Shown here: one piece after another, positions 9,697-18,510 of the stretch
Layout of the letters: the number at the start of each line of letters is the position of its first letter
Numbering within the stretch: position 1 is the first letter of the stretch
NCBI GenBank assembly: GCA_019058365.1
Contig: JAHPZE010000001.1
Coordinates: 256,001 to 320,000 of the forward strand
DNA length: 64,000 nt
Reading direction: 5' to 3'
DNA from: Promethearchaeota archaeon
GTDB lineage: Archaea; Asgardarchaeota; Lokiarchaeia; Sigyniarchaeales; SOKP01
The notes under the pieces: generated by a model
Database searches by the model: none
The model's input: only the letters and a program-made list of their open reading frames with translations
Told to the model about the DNA's origin: nothing
Translations under genes and position numbers: made by a program

Positions 9697-10431
9697 ATGG
9701 ACTTATTGAATAATAATTTTGAAGAAATCAAAAGAGCCAAAGACCCAGAATTAATAAATGATTTCTTAATAAAGTTAAGCGAAGATCCGAATATAGATTA
9801 TCTAAAGTTTTTAGAATACTTCATGAATAATTTAGATACGCAGATCTTTGATAAAGTTAAATTAAATTTGATTTTTTTATTAGGAGAAATTGGAAAATTA
9901 ACAACACTAGAAGAGAGATATTTAACTTTTTTAATAGAGATTTATTACTCATCAGATAGATGGATTAGAAATGAGATAATTCAAGCAATCGGTAAAATTT
10001 CTACAAATTCAGATATAACTGATGAAGCAATAAAATTAGTCAGTAATGCTGTAAATGATGACTATTCTCCTATTAAAGTTAATGTTCTTCAAGTGATGTT
10101 AAATTTAAGAGAACTCTCTCCTGGAGGGAGAAGAAATATATTTCAGGCATTAAATTTTAACGATTCTGAGTTAGAAGCTGTTTGTGTAAAAATTTTAGAA
10201 AAATTTCTTCCAGATTATAATCAATTGTTTAATTCTTTGAATTATTTAGATAATTACAAAATTTTAAAACAAAATGCCATTAGAACTTTACTATTGGTGT
10301 ATTTTAGATCTCCATTTAATTTAGAATCATTTCGGCAAAAGATTTCAAGCGCAAATTGGGAAATTGAGTATAAAGAGATCTTCCTTAAAGAAATAGATAT
10401 ATTTGAAAAAATTATCTTACGAAAATTATGA
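9697..10431 (+). CDS. HEAT/ARM-repeat protein
   Basis: Repeats such as VKLNLIFLLGEIG, DRWIRNEIIQAIGKI, DDYSPIKVNVLQ. Confidence 0.65.
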   Translation: MDLLNNNFEEIKRAKDPELINDFLIKLSEDPNIDYLKFLEYFMNNLDTQIFDKVKLNLIFLLGEIGKLTTLEERYLTFLIEIYYSSDRWIRNEIIQAIGKISTNSDITDEAIKLVSNAVNDDYSPIKVNVLQVMLNLRELSPGGRRNIFQALNFNDSELEAVCVKILEKFLPDYNQLFNSLNYLDNYKILKQNAIRTLLLVYFRSPFNLESFRQKISSANWEIEYKEIFLKEIDIFEKIILRKL

Positions 10432-10441
10432 ATCGGTATAT

Positions 10442-11662
10442 TTATTGATATTTTTTAAGTATATCTTCTAAATCCTCATAAGATAATACAATTTCATTAA
10501 ATATCTTTATTAATAACTTTATTATTCCTCTAGGATTACCATTCGTTTTATTGTATATATATTTTAATACATTTTCATTTAGAGGATAATAAGAATTTGA
10601 AAAATCTCTCAAATAATCAAAATAATTGATATGTCCAAAAAAGAATTCTAAATTTCTTTTATAAAATAATGTAAGATCTTCTTCAATAAAATTAGATAAA
10701 ATAATAGGGGCACTTACTACATTTAGCAGTGTACTATCTTTTTCTTTTAATTTATCTATTATTTCTCTGTAAAATTCAGGTGATTTTAAAGTAATTATGA
10801 TTCTTAGACCATTAATTTTATTTAATTTGATGATTTTCTTTAAGATTTTATCAGCAGTACGTGTTTCTGGTGATTGCATAGCCCCATAAAGCCAACTTCT
10901 ATCAAAAACTTCTTCTTTTTGTTCTTCTAACGGTATTGGTATCATCATAGAAAGAATTTTCTCAAAATCATCAATAAATAGTACACTACTTACCATTGCA
11001 TTTTCAACTAATACTTTAAGCATTGTGTATGCATTATTCCTCTCTCTTAAATCATGCTGTAAATTTAACCTTGAAAGATCCCTTATATCTATCACTTCCC
11101 CCAAAAACCATCTCTCCGCTTCTATTTTTTTATATGGATCTAATTGATGTGTAGTTATAGCAGTTATTATATCCGTTATAGCTTCTTTGTTTTCAAAATT
11201 CGGAGCCCACTTTTCGAAAGCTTCTTTTTTAACTTTTTCTACATCTGCTAAATGAAAAAAGCCAAATTTTCTCTCTAAAGCACCCCATTTATTACATAGT
11301 CTTCTTGCAATGTTTCTTAACACTTCAATGCCCATATTTTCTATAAATTCTGAATACGTATTGTTATAAAATTTCTTAATAACATTTTCTAAAGAAATAT
11401 AGACGATATTATAATAATATAACTCATGTTTCAAAGCCCAGTATAAGTGTGTTTTACCTGTTCCTATATCACCTATTATTGGTAAGATTACATTTTCATC
11501 TTTTTCAAGTATATTTATTATAGAATCTAATAAATCTTGTCTTGATTGGACTAATCCAATGTCTTCTTTAATTTCTCCAGTAGATACGAATTTTTTAAAG
11601 GGTGATCCCGTAAATTTTAAGAGATTCAATAATTTTTGTTCCTTATTTTCGAAAAGAAGCAT
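10442..11662 (-). CDS. P-loop ATPase (AAA+/BrxD-like)
   Basis: Walker A GDIGTGKT, Walker B VLFIDDFE, C-terminal YPL...TNGNPR helical module. Confidence 0.75.
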   Translation of the reverse strand: MLLFENKEQKLLNLLKFTGSPFKKFVSTGEIKEDIGLVQSRQDLLDSIINILEKDENVILPIIGDIGTGKTHLYWALKHELYYYNIVYISLENVIKKFYNNTYSEFIENMGIEVLRNIARRLCNKWGALERKFGFFHLADVEKVKKEAFEKWAPNFENKEAITDIITAITTHQLDPYKKIEAERWFLGEVIDIRDLSRLNLQHDLRERNNAYTMLKVLVENAMVSSVLFIDDFEKILSMMIPIPLEEQKEEVFDRSWLYGAMQSPETRTADKILKKIIKLNKINGLRIIITLKSPEFYREIIDKLKEKDSTLLNVVSAPIILSNFIEEDLTLFYKRNLEFFFGHINYFDYLRDFSNSYYPLNENVLKYIYNKTNGNPRGIIKLLIKIFNEIVLSYEDLEDILKKYQ

Positions 11663-11679
11663 TTCAAATCAGAATTATT

Positions 11680-12303
11680 TTAAATTTTTAATTCCTCTAT
11701 ACCTAAAATTATAATATACACAACGACTTTATCATCAACATTGACTATTGGTTCATAACTTATATTAAGTTCATCATCTTTATCCCTTCCAACAATTAGA
11801 CAATCATAAAAAACAGGGTTAACATTATCATCAATAACAACTCTATCAGCAACAATAATACCATTTCTAATCATTGAAACAGGATTTTTTAGAATTTCAC
11901 CTTTAAAAAAATTTAAATGATTAACACCAAAGTTAAGATCGTTTAATAATAGCCCAGCAGTATGAAGTAAATTTATTGTAAAGGGAAAATCATTTGAAAA
12001 TTGTCCTTGATCGTACTGTTCCATCGTATCTTCAGGAATTAAAACAGAATATTCTAATGGTATTTCATTTAAATTCCATTTGAAATCAGAATTTCTCGAA
12101 ATTGGATCGATGTTATTGCCCTTTTTTTCAAAACCAATAATTAAACCTTCAGTTATAATTATTCCTTCAGAATCTGAAATTTTTATATTATCTGAAAAGA
12201 TAATTTTATCTTGACATTTAGAAATAATAGAACCTGTAAATTCTCCATTACTTTTTATATCTTTAAATGAGTCATAAAGTATAAAATTGCGCGAATTTTT
12301 CAT
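11680..12303 (-). CDS. Hypothetical protein
   Basis: 207-aa ORF co-oriented with and 17 nt upstream of the ATPase gene; no motif recognised. Confidence 0.6.
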   Translation of the reverse strand: MKNSRNFILYDSFKDIKSNGEFTGSIISKCQDKIIFSDNIKISDSEGIIITEGLIIGFEKKGNNIDPISRNSDFKWNLNEIPLEYSVLIPEDTMEQYDQGQFSNDFPFTINLLHTAGLLLNDLNFGVNHLNFFKGEILKNPVSMIRNGIIVADRVVIDDNVNPVFYDCLIVGRDKDDELNISYEPIVNVDDKVVVYIIILGIEELKI

Positions 12304-12438
12304 GGGAACTATTTTTTAATCAATTATTTTTACTCTTTTTATTTGAGTATTTCAATTTCATATCATTAATATTATATATATCTCCCTTCCATATATTTTT
12401 AGATAGAATATATAATATATCCAAGAAGAAAGTATAAA

Positions 12439-13683
12439 ATGAGTACTTCCATGCTTTCTCAAAATCTTTTAGCATTATCGAAGGTTGAATTGTTAGATAG
12501 AGCAAGTCAATTCATCTTTTCGACTGGTTTAAATGACGGAACCTCAAAATTATGTAAGGCAAATATGAAATATGGTTTAGCTCAATTCCATTTGATCCAA
12601 GAGAAGTATGGATTTGAGCCAAAAGCAACATTTATTTCTTCTCCAGATGAAACAATTTCACGCAATGAATTTAGGTGGAATTCTGGAATAGGATACGGAG
12701 GAAGATTAAATTGGGGTATTGGAAAAGAAAAATTAATTTTCTTGAATTCCAAACCAAACTGTTGTGGCATCTTAGTAGGTGGTTTGGAAGAATTGCCTGA
12801 TCCCTATAATTTAATTACAAAAATTGATAGAATAAAATCAGAACCGTTATATTATGATGATATTTTAATAGATTGGGATTACGGGATATCTAATCATTTT
12901 ATTAACTGTTTTGAAACAAAGAAATTATCAGATATAGATCTTCCCCCTTATATATTTTTAATTCATGGTTCAGCTCCAGAATTTAGAGATGATTACCATG
13001 GAATTGGACTTTATATAGATAAATCAAAAACATTACAGGATATTGCTATTGAAGAAAAAACCAAATTTGGGACACAATATATTTTATTGGATTCTGATGC
13101 TACTGAATACTTTAAATTCAGTAAAAAAGCTTTAGAATTTTCTGGTATAAAAAGAGAAATAATAGCTAATAATCTTTTTGATTATGGTTATAAAATTATT
13201 TGTAACCAACCGCATCAATTTTTAAAAGATTATAATAATATGTACTTAGGAAGTAATTGTACAGATGTTAGTTGTGAATTAATAAATTCAGATAAATTTC
13301 CAACAACTCTTAGAGCAGATATCGCAGCTTATTTATTTAAAGGAAAAAAGAATTTTTCAGAAATAACACTTAAAAATCAAAATCTCTTTGAAAGAGCAAC
13401 CGATTTTGAACTTTTAGAATTATTAACAAATGCTAATATTCTCCCACATGGAGGGGGATATTCCTTTAATGATGTTGAAGACGTTTTGGATATATTAGAA
13501 TATAAAGACCAACGATATTTTGTCACATCTTTAAAAACAAATACTAGTAGATTAAAAATAATTAGAAATGTAAGCGAATTGCAATTTGAATATAGGGGTC
13601 GGGATGTTGTACTTAAAACTATTCAATTAGATCTTGGAGAAATTATTGCTCGTTTAAATCCTTTGTTTTCCTTAAAATTATAA
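12439..13683 (+). CDS. Highly divergent RtcB-family (3'-phosphate RNA ligase-like) protein
   Basis: Collinear RtcB-like motifs: SPDE, NCCG, GISNHF, LIHGS, QPHQ, PHGGG, YRGRDVV and terminal RLNPLFSLK. Confidence 0.7.
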   Translation: MSTSMLSQNLLALSKVELLDRASQFIFSTGLNDGTSKLCKANMKYGLAQFHLIQEKYGFEPKATFISSPDETISRNEFRWNSGIGYGGRLNWGIGKEKLIFLNSKPNCCGILVGGLEELPDPYNLITKIDRIKSEPLYYDDILIDWDYGISNHFINCFETKKLSDIDLPPYIFLIHGSAPEFRDDYHGIGLYIDKSKTLQDIAIEEKTKFGTQYILLDSDATEYFKFSKKALEFSGIKREIIANNLFDYGYKIICNQPHQFLKDYNNMYLGSNCTDVSCELINSDKFPTTLRADIAAYLFKGKKNFSEITLKNQNLFERATDFELLELLTNANILPHGGGYSFNDVEDVLDILEYKDQRYFVTSLKTNTSRLKIIRNVSELQFEYRGRDVVLKTIQLDLGEIIARLNPLFSLKL

Positions 13684-13684
13684 A

Positions 13685-15742
13685 TTATTCTATTCTTGCT
13701 CCAGGAGGAAGATCTCTATCTAGTATTAAGATTGATACTTTATCATTTTCAACAGCGGCAAGAAGCATTCCTTTACTTAAAATTCCTTTTAATTTCCTAG
13801 GTTCTAAATTAGTTAATACTACAATTTTTTTTCCTTGTAAGTCTTCGATTTTATAGTGTTCTGCTAACCCAGCAACTAAGGTTCTTTTTTCGGTTCCTAA
13901 ATCAATAGAAAGGTTATAGAGTTTATCTGCTTTCGGAACTTTTTCAACTTTTTCAACCAAAGCAACTCGAATATCTAATTTTTTAAACTCATCATAAGAA
14001 ATTATTTCTTTTTCACCTTCATTTGGTTTACCTTCTTTTAATTGTTCATATTTTTGTTTAATTTCCTCAATATCCAATTTTTGAAATAGAGGTTCTGGTT
14101 TCTTAATAAAATGTCCTGCTTTTAGAGAATTTTCACTTATACTATCCCATATTAGTTCTGATAATTTTGAGGTATTTAAATAAGATAAAATCTTTTCAGA
14201 TGTTCCTGGGATAAATGGGCTTAACAAAACAGCTAAAGCATATGATGCTTGAGCACATAAATTAAAAACATATCCTGCGGCTTTTTTATTTTTCTTAATT
14301 AAATGCCAAGGAGCTTTTTCATTTAAATACACATTACCGTCTCTTCCAAAGTTAACAATTTCTCTCAATGCTTTTCTTAATTCAAATTTTTCTAATAAAT
14401 CTCCTACTTTTTTTGATATCGAGGTTATTTTTAAAATAAAAGCTTTATCTACTTCATCAGGCTCAATTTTTTCTGGTATCTTATTATTAAATTGCTTATT
14501 AATAAAGGTCATAGAGCGATGAATAAAATTACCAATAACATCATTTAATATTTTATTATTATTATCAAACTCAGACCATAAGAATGATGCATCACTTTTT
14601 TCCATTCTGTTATAAACTAAACTAAAACGCCAATAATCTAAAGGAGCTAGTTCTAATGCTTCATCGATCCAAATACCAATTCCTCTTGATTTTGAAAATT
14701 TTTGATTTTCATACATTAACCATTCTGTTGATGATACATTGTAGGGTAATACAAGTTTTTCACTTTCTTTCTTGTTATCATTATAAGCCAATAACAATGC
14801 AGGGAATACAATTAAATGAAAAATGATATTATCTTTCCCGATGAAAAACACTGTTTTAGTGGTCGGATCGTTCCAAAAGTAATTAAATTTATCTGGATCA
14901 TTAATTAACTTTTCAGCCCATTCCTTTACAGCAGTAATATAACCCAATACAGCTTCAAACCACACATAAATGGTTTTATCTTCAGCATTCTCGAATGGTG
15001 CTGGAATCCCCCATTCTAAATCTCGTGTAATTGCACGTTCAGGTAATCCTTCAGCTATACTATTTAAACACATTTGTCGCGCGTTAGCAGGTATAATTTC
15101 ATTTTCTTCAATTAGGTTTTTTAATCTATCTTGTAATTTCGGTAGATCTAAATACCAATGTTTTGTCTTTTTAATTGTTGGAGTATGTCCACATACTGCA
15201 CATTTAGGTTTAATAAGGTCTAAAGGAGTTAATAATCTCTGACAATTATCACACTGATCTCCTCGTGCATCTTCAAAATTGCAATGGGGACATATTCCTT
15301 CCACGAACCTATCGGGTAGAAATAAGTCGTCCTGTTTACAATAAAGTGATTCAATCTCTTTTTCTAAGATATACCCATTTTTCTGTATATCTAAATACAT
15401 TTTCTTTACAAATTCAATATGAATAGGATTATGGGTTATTGTATAATTATCAAAAGAAATTTGCCATTTTTCATGTAAATCTTTAATAATATTATGATAT
15501 TTAAAGGCTAGTTCTTCAGCTGGGACGTTTAATTTTTTTGCTTCTATCGAAATAGGCGTTCCATGAGAATCTGATCCTGAAACAAACACTACTTCATCTC
15601 CTTTCATTCTCAAAAATCTAGCAAATACATCTGCTGATAATGTACTACCGATTAAATTCCCTAAATGTGGTATAGCATTCACATAAGGCCAAGCGGACGT
15701 AACAACCCATTTATTTTTATTTTTGGTTACTAATTTAATCAA
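13685..15742 (-). CDS. metG: Methionine--tRNA ligase with C-terminal tRNA-binding domain
   Basis: TSAWPYVNAIPHLGN (HIGH), zinc knuckles, YVWFEA, FIGKDNIIFH, KFSKS, C-terminal EMAP/Trbp111-like domain. Confidence 0.97.
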   Translation of the reverse strand: MIKLVTKNKNKWVVTSAWPYVNAIPHLGNLIGSTLSADVFARFLRMKGDEVVFVSGSDSHGTPISIEAKKLNVPAEELAFKYHNIIKDLHEKWQISFDNYTITHNPIHIEFVKKMYLDIQKNGYILEKEIESLYCKQDDLFLPDRFVEGICPHCNFEDARGDQCDNCQRLLTPLDLIKPKCAVCGHTPTIKKTKHWYLDLPKLQDRLKNLIEENEIIPANARQMCLNSIAEGLPERAITRDLEWGIPAPFENAEDKTIYVWFEAVLGYITAVKEWAEKLINDPDKFNYFWNDPTTKTVFFIGKDNIIFHLIVFPALLLAYNDNKKESEKLVLPYNVSSTEWLMYENQKFSKSRGIGIWIDEALELAPLDYWRFSLVYNRMEKSDASFLWSEFDNNNKILNDVIGNFIHRSMTFINKQFNNKIPEKIEPDEVDKAFILKITSISKKVGDLLEKFELRKALREIVNFGRDGNVYLNEKAPWHLIKKNKKAAGYVFNLCAQASYALAVLLSPFIPGTSEKILSYLNTSKLSELIWDSISENSLKAGHFIKKPEPLFQKLDIEEIKQKYEQLKEGKPNEGEKEIISYDEFKKLDIRVALVEKVEKVPKADKLYNLSIDLGTEKRTLVAGLAEHYKIEDLQGKKIVVLTNLEPRKLKGILSKGMLLAAVENDKVSILILDRDLPPGARIE

Positions 15743-15820
15743 CCTCTTAATTCAAATTTATTAATAAAAAGAATGCTATGCTTAAATAATTTAAACAAAG
15801 TAAGAATAAATAATTAGCTA

Positions 15821-16999
15821 TTAAAAGATAATTTTAGCTCCACAATATCGACATGCTTTGATTTCTTTATTCATTTTTTGAAGACAAGGTTCATGGTAAT
15901 ACGCATTACAATTTTCACATTGGTATACTTTAAAATCTCCTAAAAAAATGCTATGACAATAGGAACATGATGCATTGATCTGATCAATTTTCTCATCAGG
16001 TATTAACATCATTTTTGTATCTAATTTTTCACCTTCTTCTATAATCTTTATTTCTTGCGTTAGATCTTCTTTATCTTTAATGAGTTTCAACGCTGCTGGC
16101 GATAGCTCCAAAAGGAGGAAACAGAAAGGACATCTGAAAACATTTTCACTATATTCTGTTTTTTTAGCCCACATAGCAGCACAAGATAGATGCATTGCTC
16201 GATCACAATTGGGGCAAAAGCGACCCTCACTGAAGAAATCAGCACCTGTAACTGCCGCTTTAACAGAATGACAGATTTGACACTTTTTTTGTCCACGATC
16301 TTTCCCCTCTATCATTAACCTAATATCTAATAAAGTTGGTCTTCTTAATGGTAGGGCAATCTCACTGACAAGAGGAGCAATAGTATCTTTTTTATCGGGG
16401 GAAAAATAATCTATGCCCTCTTTCACATCTTTTTTTGAAGCGAACGCTTTACCTGCAGAAATTAATTCTTTAGAATTGTTAAAATATTCATAATCTCCTC
16501 CAGTTTTTTGGGTTATTCTCTTTAAAGAATTTTCTCCATATTCTTGTTTACCTCCTAATTGACAAACGTCTATAAACACACCTAAACCCTTAGCAATTTC
16601 GATTATTTTTACTAATTTGTTAGTATCAGTATTTAATTTGTTATCAGTAATTATAAATATACGAGGTATTTTTCCACCAATTTTTCGCATTTCCTCAACA
16701 AGAATTTGTAAAGCGAATGCAACCCCTTCATGTAAATAACCCTGTCCCGAAATTTGAACTTTTTTTAATGATTCAATTAACTTTTCTTCTTCAAATGCAA
16801 AATTAATTAATTTTTTAGTGATATTCCCGAAAGTGATTATTGAAATTCGATCTTTTATATCAATTGATAATTTTGATTGAATGAAATTCTTGGCGGTTTG
16901 TAATTCAACTACTAATCTACTTGGTTTAAAATCTTTTCTCAACATAGACCTAGAAGTGTCTAAAAGAATAACTGTATCTTCTATTTTTAAATTAGGCAA
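15821..16999 (-). CDS. vWA domain + two RING/PHD-type zinc fingers (Ssl1/TFIIH p44-like architecture)
   Basis: ILLDTSRSMLRKDFKPSRL (MIDAS DxSxS) and two C-terminal C4HC3 fingers. Confidence 0.75.
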   Translation of the reverse strand: MPNLKIEDTVILLDTSRSMLRKDFKPSRLVVELQTAKNFIQSKLSIDIKDRISIITFGNITKKLINFAFEEEKLIESLKKVQISGQGYLHEGVAFALQILVEEMRKIGGKIPRIFIITDNKLNTDTNKLVKIIEIAKGLGVFIDVCQLGGKQEYGENSLKRITQKTGGDYEYFNNSKELISAGKAFASKKDVKEGIDYFSPDKKDTIAPLVSEIALPLRRPTLLDIRLMIEGKDRGQKKCQICHSVKAAVTGADFFSEGRFCPNCDRAMHLSCAAMWAKKTEYSENVFRCPFCFLLLELSPAALKLIKDKEDLTQEIKIIEEGEKLDTKMMLIPDEKIDQINASCSYCHSIFLGDFKVYQCENCNAYYHEPCLQKMNKEIKACRYCGAKIIF

Positions 17000-17086
17000 A
17001 TTTTTGGCATAATTTCTTGTTAATTGAAATTTAATAAAATAATAAGGGTTAAATCTTATAAATTTCTATTTAAGTTTTGAAAAATC

Positions 17087-18439
17087 TCAATTTGTTAAAA
17101 AGTTATATGCAAATAAAGTATACACTTTAATGGCATTAATAAAGTCTTTTATTTCAATATTTTCATTAATTGCATGGGCAAGTTGTCCATTCCCCGGTCC
17201 GAATAAAATTGTAGGTTGACAATAATTTGTGTTTCTGTAGAATTTTGCATCAGCACTCGCCGGCATTATAAAATAGAAAGGCTTTCTTTGATAAATTTTC
17301 TCTACAATCGAATAAAAATCCTTCAAAAAAGGTGAATTTCTCCAATCACTATAGAATGATGCTTCACCAGCTTCCTCTACCTCCAAATATACAAAAATTT
17401 CCTTAGGAAGTCCTGTGGGTTCATCTTTTACTTGATAACCTAATTTATTTATCAATTTTTTCAAACCATTTAACACTGTTTCGGTATTTTGTCCTGGTAA
17501 TAATCTAAAGTCAATCACTGCTTCGCATCGATCTGGAACAACGTTTGATTTGATACCTCCTTTAATCATAGTCAGGTTTTTAGTAAATTGACAATTTGCT
17601 TTTATAAGATTCTGAAGAATTGGTTGTTCACTTAGGATTTTCTCGAAAATCTCTTTATTTGGAAAAGCCATACTTATCAATTCTTTTAATTCTTCTTGGG
17701 TTAGTGGCGGCTTGATTTTTGGGATTATTTCATCTAATTCATCCAAATTTTGAATAATTTCATTCATCATATAAATCGCATTTTTTCCTATTGCGGGAAG
17801 AGATGCATGACCTGAAATTCCATTTGTTATTATTTTTATAGCTATACGTCCTTTTTCTCCAAGGATTAATCCCTTTGGTAATGGATCTAACCCCGTAGGT
17901 TCACCTATTATAATAAAATGTACCTTTTTCGATTTTAATATGTGGTCTAGACACCATTGAGTACCAACTCTACCACCAATTTCTTCATCAGCAACAGCAT
18001 TTAGAATTAAATTACCCGCATTACTGATATTTAACTTTTTTAAAATTTTCAAAGAGATAACCATAGCTGCTAATCCTCCTTTCATATCTGTTGCGCCCCT
18101 TCCATAAAGATATCTCTTTCTTTTGATCGTAGCAGATAATGGTGGATATTTCCATTCTTCTTCATTTCCTGGAGGTACTACATCCATATGTCCATTATAT
18201 AATAGATTTTTCCCATTAAAGTTATCATTTAAATAAGCTATTAAGTTAGCACGATTATCACCAAAAGGAAAAACTTCAGATGTTATATTAATATCTTTTA
18301 AATATTTATCAATAATTAAAGCTACATTTTTCTCATTTCCGGGGGGATTATAAGATTCGGCTTGAATTAATTCTTGGAAAAAAGAGATATACTCATCCTG
18401 GTTTTGTTCAATTTCATGTAAAATCCGATCTTCGCTCAT
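17087..18439 (-). CDS. M20 family metallopeptidase/deacylase (ArgE/DapE)
   Basis: NGHMDVVP, GRGATDMKGG, DEEIGG, GEPT, AHAINE. Confidence 0.92.
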   Translation of the reverse strand: MSEDRILHEIEQNQDEYISFFQELIQAESYNPPGNEKNVALIIDKYLKDINITSEVFPFGDNRANLIAYLNDNFNGKNLLYNGHMDVVPPGNEEEWKYPPLSATIKRKRYLYGRGATDMKGGLAAMVISLKILKKLNISNAGNLILNAVADEEIGGRVGTQWCLDHILKSKKVHFIIIGEPTGLDPLPKGLILGEKGRIAIKIITNGISGHASLPAIGKNAIYMMNEIIQNLDELDEIIPKIKPPLTQEELKELISMAFPNKEIFEKILSEQPILQNLIKANCQFTKNLTMIKGGIKSNVVPDRCEAVIDFRLLPGQNTETVLNGLKKLINKLGYQVKDEPTGLPKEIFVYLEVEEAGEASFYSDWRNSPFLKDFYSIVEKIYQRKPFYFIMPASADAKFYRNTNYCQPTILFGPGNGQLAHAINENIEIKDFINAIKVYTLFAYNFLTN

Positions 18440-18510
18440 ATCAAATTTCCTTTATATTATTATTTTTTATTGATATGAAGAAAGATAGGATTTTATAAAA
18501 TTTTGTTATA

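Noticed and set aside
10442-11662. BREX or other defence system suggested by the BrxD-like ATPase
   Set aside because: No pglX, pglZ, brxC, helicase or nuclease genes nearby, and the context is housekeeping (metG).
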